From Phoronis australis (taxonomy: Eukaryota; Animalia; Phoronida), in the NCBI GenBank assembly GCA_002633005.1, contig NMRA01000032.1, positions 228,911-292,910 of the forward strand: a stretch of DNA of 64,000 bases, read 5' to 3'. Both the position numbers and the translations under genes were made by a program. The notes under the pieces are model-generated. The model was not told where the DNA came from. It searched no databases and saw only the letters and a list, made by a program, of their open reading frames with translations. This document shows positions 24,301-36,300 of this stretch, piece after piece. The number at the start of each line of letters is the position of its first letter. Position 1 is the stretch's first letter.

Positions 24301-27300
24301 ACCAATTGTACATTCATTAAAATGCCATTCTGAATATCAATCTGACCACAAGAAACAAATTTGTAAAATGTTTAGGTCAACCATATTACGAAAACTGACT
24401 AAATTAAACTGCGAAGTAAATTTTTGAGCCAGTCAAATTTACAGACTGATCACGATTCACTTGAAAGGTCAATAAGTTTACTTACTAAATATCAAGAGTA
24501 CATAGTTATCCTGAGAATGCTACAGTCACTTCAAATTCCATAAAACAAATGGGAATAAAACTCGGGTTTGGGACTCCGCATGCCAACAGTCTTACTCTGA
24601 ATACAATTTTTGCTCTCGGAGAGCCACCCGGAGTTCTTTGGGTGACACAAAACCATCCTGATTCTGGTCGATCGCCTGATGAAGAAAGAAACACTTGAGA
24701 AAGGCATGAATAAGACTGGTAAGCTAAACACAAAAAGCACTCGAGAATACTTGATGGAGAATACAAACCGTGTGTACAGTTTTTGACCTTGCATAGCAGT
24801 TCGGAATTCCCGGGCAGAAATGTAGCCATCTTTATTTGTGTCGAACTCCTAGGAGAGGAAACAACAGTGTTGAGAGGCAGGGGAAGACAGACAGACAGAC
24901 AGGCAAGGATACTGGCAAGGGATGCAGCCGATGACAGTCGTAGCAATTAATCCATGCTGAACTGTTTCATGCATAGCCAGCTTTTCACAGGCAGTGTAGG
25001 GGTTAACAACACCATTGTTTGCATGGTAGCTTATAGTCAACGACCAGCACAAAACCTTCCCAAACGTCCACTGTTCTGCAGGACAGTGGTATAAATGGCA
25101 ACACATATTCTGCCACAGTTTGTGAAATTAGTATTGTTCATGAAAATGATCTTCAGGCTAACAGCTTGTCCATCAAAGAGGAGATAAGAATTTTCAACTG
25201 CCATGTAGTGGAAATGACTTCACACTTTTCCAGTCATCTCCATGTTTCCATCCTTTTTCAAGCCTTTTTCTTCTGGATTACATAGAATGCAGATTTGTAT
25301 ATCTCAGGTGGTCTTAAAATCAAACTACCCACTGCATGCAGAATGGTTTGCTTTGGTCTGACAATCATAGAGTTAGGGCCAACACTACAAGCACTAGATT
25401 GTTTCAGAGGCATCCTTGCAGGCATTACTACATTCTGCCTCCAGGTGTCACCCCCGATGCATAGCTGGCTTGGCATACTGGTCAGACAACATGCCCGCAC
25501 TTACTATCTGTACATTTTCTGCGCTTCCATGGCCTTTCGAAACTCTTTGGGAGACAGAAAGCCATCGCAATTCAAGTCGAAAGCCTACATATAATTAAGT
25601 CAAAAAACAAAACATCACGTTAACTCCATTCCAAAATCAAACGCACAAAGGTGTGGGATCTCACAAACCAAACACGCTCTCAAAACTATCGTCAAAAATA
25701 AACCACAGTGCTGATCAACTCAGGAATATTAATCAATGCAAACTGGAGTAAATGTAAATGTTTGCATACATGCACGGTGCATTTTTTAGAAAAGAAAACG
25801 CAGATGCAAAACAATGCATTTAACGTAGGGACTCAAGAGGAAGCAATTTTTGGGGCTATTTTAACAATAGTCAGAACAACACACCCAAACAAGGCAAACG
25901 TTATGCAAGAAGGTGCATTGGCTTGTGTTTAGGGAATGTCTAAGAGATAGTTACGCATGGGGGACAAATTAGGTTCAAAAAAGATGTCATCTGGATTAAC
26001 GTTTTGGGTATGTCGGAAAGGTTTACTAGTTCTGGACACTGCAATAGTTGCAGAGAGCAGCTGGAAGTCTGAGCATGCACTGAAAGTAAACACCTGTACA
26101 CAAATATCGATGGCTGTATATTCATTATCAAAATTTGCCAATCCTGAACAATGCTGAATTGAATTAAGGGTCATATGGAAATTATTTTGTAATTTTACAC
26201 AAATTATTAACATTACTATTTCCTAATTGTCAACGACTGACGGTCTTACCACAAATAATCATTATTGCACACAATGTTCCAAAACAGTTCCAAGATGGTA
26301 AATGAAGTAAAAATCTCTTACTGCTAATTTTGATAAGAAATTTGACAAATTAAATCGCAAATTGTCTGTCATATTGTGTGCTCAGCAGGTGAAAACTTAT
26401 ACAAATTCCTAAAAAAATATGGTAAAAAATTCAATTTTGGACAAAATAATCCAAAAAATAGCCATTTTTGCTATTTTTCAGAGGCTTAGTACACCACTAC
26501 CTGACCAGCGCAAATTTTTATCAAAATGCTGTTTTGTGACAGCTATACCACACAAAACTTGCAAACTTTTGTTTCACTTGTCTGTCATATCGACTGTCCT
26601 AAGCAGAAGAACTTTTACTTTAACCAACTGAAATGAATGCTAATCTTAATTGGGTGACGGTGTCTTACTCAGTACGCTTTTAGCCTTGTCAAGACTTGAA
26701 AGAAGGGACGGTTTTGTTGACTGCAGCTTGCTATTCTAATATAAAACACTGCAGTCCCAGTTCACAACACAAAATGTTTCACTCAATCAGACATGAAATA
26801 TCATGAAAACTGATTATTTAATGATTTACCAAGAAAGCCTCCGAAGTAGTAAGACCCTTCATCTTCAGGAAGATGTCAAAAAATTTCAGGATCATCTGAA
26901 ACAGAAAATCACAACAACAGATCTAGAGGTGTCAATTTCATTTTCTCATCCCGAAGCTTTGCCTGATGAAGTTTTGAGAACTGTTAACTGTCCACGCAAT
27001 AAACTTGCGCTGCAGGCATTTAGACGTTAATTCACAGCTTAATTTACATACTCACCATTCTGATGAATCTATTGCCAGAACTGATCTAAATGACATAGCC
27101 AAGATATGCATCCAGAGAAAAGTGTCATTGACAGATAAATGCAAAAACCGGTTACATTGAACAGATAGTGAACTCCGAGAAGACATCTACTGTAAGACGA
27201 TACAATGATAGATATCAGGCTACTATAACCAAATATACGTAAGTCAAAATGACTTTCAGTGAGAACTAGGTCCATTTATTCCATCACACTGCCCATTGAA

Positions 27301-30300
27301 TGGGAAAAATATGGACTTAGAGGTCTGTCTCCAAAATATGTGCTAAGCTTATCACCATAGCTGGACACTGGTCATGTGCAGTGACTTATCTCTGGACAAC
27401 TCTTAGGTATATCAACGAACACATCTCCCTTTAGTATTGAAGTCCTGCTTTAGAAACAGAATGCCTTTGGAATAACTGACAACATGATGCTAAAATACAC
27501 TCAAGGAAACATTACTATTTACAAAACTTCACTACTAAGACGTGTGTCACAAATATCACACTAGACAACTTCTAGAAAGCCAAAAACTGGTCATACGAAT
27601 CATTTCCTTGTGGAATACTTTACGAAATTTATGAGCAGGGTAAATTTTGTCTGGGAATACAATTCCGCACTGCTATGTACAAACCTCGACATTGGAAGCA
27701 GACTCCACCAACGTGTCTACCATCTGTTTACCAATGGGCCCATTCATTACATTACCTAGAAAATATCATGAAATTCTGATAACAAAAAATCAGCAAAAAA
27801 GTTGGTGAAACACACAACCAACGTAAGGCGTAAATACCCATCCACTAAATAGAAATGCTCATTACTTTCCAGTTACAGAATAACTAAGTTTAAGACCTAC
27901 AATTACAAGGGGAGTTATCAGAGAATTAGGTTTTACAGTTTATCGATACCAGAAAGAGAAATATTCATGCCCAATTTGGTTTCCAATGCCATGTTTTTAT
28001 AAAACAACTTCTCTCCACCATTATTTGTGAAAGGGAATCATTTCAAGTTGGGACATAAGTAATTACTCTACTTGACGTGTTCTTCCATTTTTCAAAAGTT
28101 TGCCACAATGCTGCACTGAATACCCAAAATTATACCATGAAAATGTTGTTTAATGACAGCTCTTAATTGCATACCACATTAACAACGAAGCAATTTTTTA
28201 CACCCCAAAAGTAATTGGAAAAAATATTGTTTCCCATTCATAACTACTGATGGCCAGTCATGACCCCCGTGGGGGAATTCTGCTGTCATGAAGGAGAACT
28301 TCACTTGAGTTCAGCCATAATGACAGGGAATTCTGGGTCATTTTATCTGATTATTTTTGTTGTGTATTGTAAAATTAACAAAATAATTCTTTTAAGTCCT
28401 ATTACATTGTAACATGTAGCGCTTACCTTCCAACATGGACAGTAACATAATCATCATTTCCTTCATCAACTTCATAAACTCTCTCAGTAACTCCAACTGT
28501 TCAGGGTCCTATGCAAATAAATAGTTTGTCACCGTTACGATGTTTGATTAAAACAAGACCTGGAGTTTTATTTTTTAGTCAAAAGGAATGGGGACTTGGA
28601 GATTTAAATTAGTAATCTACTTTTGTGCCACCTTTTCTTCAATAATTTTTCAATATCGACCTATAAAAGTATTATACTCCATAAAATAATACTGAATCCT
28701 TATATCGAAATATCAAGTAACCGTTCAAAGTTGTTCAGTTATTCTATCGGATTTTAACTTGTTACCAGCAAAATCTGTGTCAAATTCTTTATTCAACAAG
28801 AACTTTGTTTTGGCAAGCATGTTGATGGAGCAGTGCTGCACTTAGTGATCTCAACATCTGTTTCTGAAATTTCAGGGATATGTAGTTGTTGACCTTAACT
28901 TCACATGACATTCAAAACTGAGAATGCATATACCTCATAAATGCTGAAAACGTAGTCACATACCTTCGAAAGCTTGTCTTGCATGTGAGCGAAAATGAAT
29001 AGGAATCCCCCCACGGCATCCCATAGCCTACTGTGGGCGAGGGCAAGTTGGTTTAAAGAACATGGACCCTGAAACACAACAATAGTACAAGCTGTAATAT
29101 ATAGACGGAACCACATCATTTTGTGAAATAATGTTAAATACTCAAGAAATACATCATATAACTTGTTCTAGACATTCACGTTTACTTACAAGAGGACTCA
29201 GCTACTCAACTCTCCATAGGGGATAATAAAACAATTATATTCTCAGCCAGAATCATAAGCTTTTGATAAGCTAACTGGGACAGCAAAAGTAATAAGTGTG
29301 TGGGATAAAAACTACCCTACCATTGACACAAAGTTATAATGGGATTTGGTGGTAAGGTGTTAATCACAGATATTCCCAGCTCTGTATACTTACTTGAATG
29401 TACTCAGTGAGTGTCCTGAACACCTGTTTGGAGACATTAATGGCACGACAGAAGTTCTCTTTGCCAGCTGCATCGATGGTGGTCTTGTTGGAGTAGTGCC
29501 AGTAGAAATCCATGATGGATTCTTGGATACGCAGCAGGTAATCCACAGTGCAGATGACTATGTTGATGGTGGTGTTGTTACCAGCTTGTGTCCGCAGGTA
29601 GTTCTGGAAGTCTGGTAAAATATACAAAGGATTTCATGCCAACTGTGACCATGAGAGAACAGAAAGTTGACTGGACACTTAAACTACTACTTGTACACTT
29701 ATGGTGATTTAATGAGAAAAAATGTAATGAATTTCAGATGACGATTGTCATTTTAGTCACAAATAAGCTCAAATTAACATTGCACAAGAAATTTGTCATG
29801 AGATCACACAATTGTCCAAGAAAACCATCGCACATTCAAAAGTTACACCTGACCTAATATCAGAAAAGGCATTTTGAAAACTGATATAATACCGGACTAG
29901 AAACTTTGAACACCTGATATAGTGTCAATGTTGGCATATTTTGAACGCCTGTTGCAATGTTTAAGCGTGGATATTTGACCACCTGACATCATACCAGATT
30001 CAAAACAATTTGAAATTTGATACAATACCAGAGTGGGAATATTTTGAAAACCTGACAATATCAACTTGGGAATATAATAAACACATGATATAATTTTATC
30101 TCACCTAAGTTGTGGCCCTCACACAGCAGCTGAAGGAACCTGAACAGTTTACATGTAAACTCTGCATCATGTAGATTCTTAACACCTGCTGAGCCTTCTC
30201 CAGTCATTCCTAGATCTTCTGCTTTATTGCACCGTTCAAATGCATCAAGGTCCAATACACTGGAGAGACAAACGTCCAGGTCATCAAATCATCTTGCCTG

Positions 30301-33300
30301 TATGAATGCTTAGTACAAGCCAATAGTATTCAGACAAAATGACCTAGAATTCTACGGCAAACAATTTATTTGGTGCTATTTATTTTAAGACAAAAAAAAA
30401 TCACTTGTTATGTCCACCATACTGCATCCTAAACTCGTGATTTCACACGACTGACAGAATATTTCTTCAAATATTCGTTTAAGAAAATTTTTACACAGCA
30501 TGAACAAAACTGTTTGAGAGAATTTTCGCTTCCACGTGACATAAATCCCATTTCCTGAAGATTCTCCCGTTATTCAATTCATTGTCAATTACCTGCACTG
30601 TTGCATGAACCCAGCCACAGATGTGAACACACCGACATCTTTTTTGTCCATCATGTGTTGCAGCATTTTCTGAAAAGGAAGGAAACGCTGAATTTTCACA
30701 AAGTACACTGTAATCTAAGAGGAACAATGAAAAATAATAAGACCTTGTTGTTTATTCTCTAAAATTATCTTAAAACTACAAGAAGCGCGATCTCAGAAAA
30801 ACAATGCCAGTAGTTTTGGGGTGGAACCTTTTGTTTTTATTAGTTCTTTACATTTTGGGTTTGAAGCGGATAACTAGTTCACAAAGTGGCTTAGAATTTT
30901 GAGGAGGTTGTGAATTGTCACTGTCGTTCACACTCAACAGGCCTCCTGAAATTGACATGCAAGGTCCGTGAAAGGGGTTTCTTTGTGACCCCTGCTTTTA
31001 GTCATACAACTGTCCCAGTTGGACTGTGCAACTATACACAGCTTAACGAAGGGCTTATGGTCTTGGGTTAGAAGCTAATTGTTTTATTACCCTCTACGAG
31101 CTTTGAATAGCCCAGCATGTAATAATACACTGAGAAAGCATTCCTAATTGTGCTATCTAAAACGAAGAACCGGACAGACTTCATCGATTGCTCCAGAGGG
31201 AAGATTCACTGAAGCTAACTTAATTTATTCTAATTGAAATTTGTGATTTTGATTTGACCTAATTAGCGCTGAGTGGGTCTTTAACAGTACAACACACTTA
31301 CAGCCTGTACATCCGTGTTGCCTCCTTTCAGCAATGAGATACCCAGCTCAATAGTATTAGTCACCATTTCACCAGGAACACCTGGAATAAAGTATTCAAC
31401 AAACTCAGTATCATAGACTTCATATATGAAAACTTTAGATTACAGTACACTATAGTATACACAATTATTGAGCAACATATTAACACATATAAAACCGTGA
31501 TGCAATCTGGCTTATGTACTAGAAAAGTTATTATAATGGTAAAGTTATTATAATGGTAAAGTTATTATAATGGTAAAATTTCTTCAAATTAGAACACAAT
31601 ATGGCAGAACAATAAAATTCTACATTACCAAAATTTTCAGCAAAAGTAAACAAGATAATTTTGATTCATTATTTGAAAACATTACTAAGCACGACTGTTG
31701 GCAACAAACACACAATGCCATAGCGATGGGAGCATAATCTCGATATCCATTCATTAGAAGTTTGTTAGAATTACAATTTATCAAACTTCAACATACATGC
31801 AAGTCTTGTTTGCACATGAAATCTCGAAAATAAGAACTTAGCAATGAGCGAGAACCTTCCATTAACAGGCAGGCGTCATAAAATAAAATTACCCTTCTTC
31901 CCAACAGCAAAAATTACACTACTCTGACATTTCGGCTTCCGCCCAGCCATCATGACCGAGAATTGCGAGTCATTTTGACAGACACTTTTGTCTCGTACTG
32001 TATGTGCGCTCCACTTACCTCGACTTGCACTTATATAAAGCAGCACTAACTCTGCACAACTGCGATCAGCCAGACGACCTTGCTCATACAACAACTTCTG
32101 CTTAGCCATCTCTTGTTCCTGAATAAAAGGGTCACAACATTGACAGCACCATACGAGGTGAAATAACTGTCAGCACTATACAAGGTGAAATAACCGCCCA
32201 ATCACGAGCCACCAGAGCGTAAGGAAACCAAGAACTTCGGATTAAGGCCCAAAACATTCAAAATGAAAGACTAAAAATCTGGGTGAAAATCTAGTAGGCG
32301 AGCATCTTAACCTATAAAACAGATATCGCCGTTCAAGCTAAATGCTTCCGAGAAATCAGATATATTAATTTAATAAATGAGCAAAATTACCACCGCATGT
32401 TCAATGAAATAATCAATTGACTCTTTTAAGAATTTAAAATTGCCCTGAAAAGGATTTAACCAATCAAATCATTCCATAATAAGTCACTGTAATAAAAAAG
32501 TAAATAGTGGTTACCATAGTTATGTAATGCCATCACAACACTGCCTGTTAGTAATATCAAGATGTATTTTAGGATGACAAAACCTTTAACTACACAATAC
32601 AACAAGTGGTTCAATGCTAATATTAGAATCAGGGAAACATCTAAAGAGCTGGGGTTCTTGAATCTAGTGTTCATTAGCAGGACAGGTAGACAGCACACTT
32701 ATAAACACAATACACTGCTCCGTGAATGTTCTATTGGCTCACAGGCATGGAACTAAGAATCTCGCAGGGGCACTAAATTTTGATAAGGGAGTCTAAAACA
32801 CTGAGACGTACACTGCAATATCGGCCATTTTACTTTAAATGCTACTGATGCTTGCTTAGTAAGCCAAAAAAGGACATGAGACTTTTTTTTTAAAATTGGA
32901 GTGGTTTCAAGTTACTTTTTTGAAAAAATCATCAGAAACGACTAAAATCGAAGCTGGGGCACTTGTCTGAGTGAGGAAATACATACTTTACGATACAGTA
33001 CAAGCCAAAAGTAGTCAGACAAATGACCCAGATTTCCCGCCATGACGGTAAGGCAGAAGTTGAATTCATCATGAAAGCAGACTTCCCTTATGACAGTTAA
33101 TGAAGAGGAATGAACAGGAGAGTTAGTAAGGTGGCTAATTCATTTCGTAATTTGAATCTTGTCCCCTTAATTTATTATCAATCATTTCCCTTAAGTAGTG
33201 AGCAAAGATTACAAAACGAGTCCAGGTACTGACAAGAACCAATTATGCTCTTTAGCCTTACGCCGGGAGCCGTTCCAAGAAACAGAGTTGAGGTCATCTT

Positions 33301-36300
33301 TAGTCTAAAGTCTAAGATTTTTCAATGTAAGATGAAAAGATTCTCTTGGAACGGGTCACTGGTTGTGAGATAATAATGACGGTTATCCAGAGTAGCCACA
33401 ATACAGCTAATAAGTCAAAGGAAACGTCATCCTCAACGCAATCTTTGTAACAAATAAAACATACAATATCAAGCAGGTGAGCGTTGACTTGCCAGTCTAT
33501 GAACACTATTATTATTGTTGACAGGTTAATATGAAACTCATCACTGAATACACCACTTGAATATTGTTATAATCTCGCAGTGAAGCATGTAACATGCAAA
33601 AAAAAGATTATGTGGCTTAAATAAGCTTGTCTTAAAATCAAAACAACATATCATTAAAAACAGAACTTGCCGTAAGATCCTGTAAATAAGACCGTGTTCA
33701 TGTTTTTAAGTTTCACAACACACGCTGTTTTGTAGTATCATTTATTCAATACTGTCATGAAATGGTGGTAAGGTTATGTAGAACCCAAGAAAAATTCCAA
33801 TTTTGGTCTAATTCGAAACATCCTATCTCAGAAACAGGAGACTGGATTCACATGAAATTTTAAAACACAATGCCTTATATACTGCTCTCCAAAACGCTGT
33901 TAGGAATTGCTTTTAAAATATTACACTTTTGCATGAAGGGCTTACCACAAAAATTGCATAAAAGGAAAACGAAACAATAATTTAGAAAACTGTAACAGCG
34001 TTTTTGAGATTTTATCTCGATCATGTTTTTGATCTTGTTGTTCAGCAATGAACGCACCTTTCGGTTTCGCTAAATTTTCCTAAAAATCCAAGGCAGATAG
34101 GTATAAAACCAAACATCAAATTCTACTGAATTTCTATTGTCTAAAAATATGTAATTTTGCTGAATAAATTTCTATAGTTTTGTCGTATTTGGCTGAATAT
34201 TCAGACTTGTCAATAAGGTCTTGCATAACCATAAACAGTAAATTTTTTACTGATTTTGACAGTAAATACATGTGATCATGAATGCTTGTGTCAAGAGACA
34301 AAAATAACAATCCCTTGATCACCTAATATACTATGTATTATTAATATTAAAATTGATTTTTTTCATGAAATTTGTTATTAGTACATAAGGCAGTGCTTAC
34401 ATGCGGGATCTTACAGCACAGTTAGATTTGCTAAATGTTAATCAAGCACTTCAACAGAGACACTTAACATTAAAGCTAAATTATGTCAGACACTGTGAAA
34501 CAAATCTGAGCACAACAGACAGTTTTTCGGAATAACTCTCCATAAGACGTGAAAAAACAGACAGTATGACTGGTGATTACATTGTGAAACCTGTTACAGT
34601 AAATATTCTCCAGTTTGGAACAGTCTCTAAAATTTGGGACACCAAAACTCAAGCGCAAATTTAAGTTTCTTGATTCTGAAGATTGAGACACTGGCGACTT
34701 TAGCATTCATCATGTTTCCCAAATATCAGACACTGTAATTTGCATCACAAGAGTATTACAATAAACTTGTCAGTTCATAAAATTGTCTGAAATAGACAGT
34801 GATGCAGCATTTTCACGTGTCTCCTTAGTAACACTGGTTTGAATGAATGTTTGTCATTGATTCTAATTCTTAAATTTGGGACAGAGCAAATATTCTCTTT
34901 TTTTCTGAAATTTAGTGCAAGCCCCAGTCAAGATCAAAATTATCAATTTTTCAGGGTTTGAATCTGGAGAATTTTTTACTGTAGTATGTTTTGAACGATC
35001 AAAGCCATTAAGCCATGTAGCTTTAAAATGGCTGGTACAGAAATCTGCGTTCATACTGCTGTGAAGTGAAACACCTCGCACTGCACAAATCAACAAAACA
35101 CAACAGCTCGGCTAATTTTTTTGACAATTTCCCTTTTTCTTTTATTTCATTTTATAATAAGTATTTTTAAAATATTACCATAATTTGAATAATTTAACAA
35201 TTTAAAATGTCTATTTTTGACTACTTCCGCCAAAAACCCACAACAGTTGACATTTAAACTACAACGATTTATCACAGGGAGCACACGGTTATTAACAGAA
35301 AAACAATATTGATATCTAATCCTACGGGGTGGTTGTGTCAGCGACGGTGTTTCTATGTGTCCGTGTGGTCCACCACAACATAGTCACTATCTACTGTATT
35401 TACATGGTGCAGTGAACTAGTACTGCAAGGTAACACCATACACCATATACCTGTATAGCACTGTCCATTGTACTCTACAGAGGTAAGACAATTATGTAGC
35501 ACAGGGGAATGTTTGTTAGCAATACCGTTAAACGTTACCGAAACTCTTCAATTTATAAAAAATTAAACACGGTTGTTTCTGTAAAAATGCACTATTTTGG
35601 AGTAACTGTTAGAATTCCAATCAAGGTGCTTAGATTATTAGAGAAGACATGGACACAGGTTAAACATAGGAAAAAATTAATAAAACAGATTGCATAAATT
35701 AATTGAGAAATTAATAAATTTTATACACATGTCTAAACATTTCTCACCACAAGATCATAATTATATTAGAGATGAGAAGTCTTTGAGCCACAGTGTCATT
35801 CTTTGGATCTCATCTCTATTCTTTTGTGAGCATTAGACATAGGGGAAAGTGGGGAAATACACATTCCACAAATCACGCACAAATTTGAAAAATGTAAACA
35901 AGGAGTTTGATAGTATTAAACAATTCGCCCTTAATGCAGATCATAATTTTTGTTAGATTTCAAATCCCTAGATCCAAATGTCTAAAAAAGAGACCCATGA
36001 GCCTGTCTTGAAGCCCAACTTCCCTTAGACGTGATAATACAGTTTTGCTGTCACAAATTGTGTTGTCATGAGAACTCACTTGGAAAGATGCTCCTGCATC
36101 TTCTTCTTCCTCATCATCATCCTCATCTTCACCAGTGCAGCTCTGAAATAGTCAACATCATTCGGGACTTACATAAAAGTTATTAAGGCAATCAGCCAAT
36201 CAAACAAACAAGTTAACAAAAGTCACTTATTGTCAGCTTCCCTACCTACAAGTGGAAAACTATTCCCAGTACATAGATGTGTTGTGTCCAAACTACAATG

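Noticed and set aside
24955-25035. Possible fourth, degenerate EF1 exon ([16 protein letters not shown])
   Set aside because: Spacing does not match, acidic ligands are missing, and no 80-bp AG/GT frame was found.
27056-27085. 30-nt phase-0 microexon candidate ([10 protein letters not shown]) with a strong gtgagt donor
   Set aside because: Acceptor tract is mediocre and it would interrupt the highly conserved SNVE|MILKFF segment; no supporting homology.
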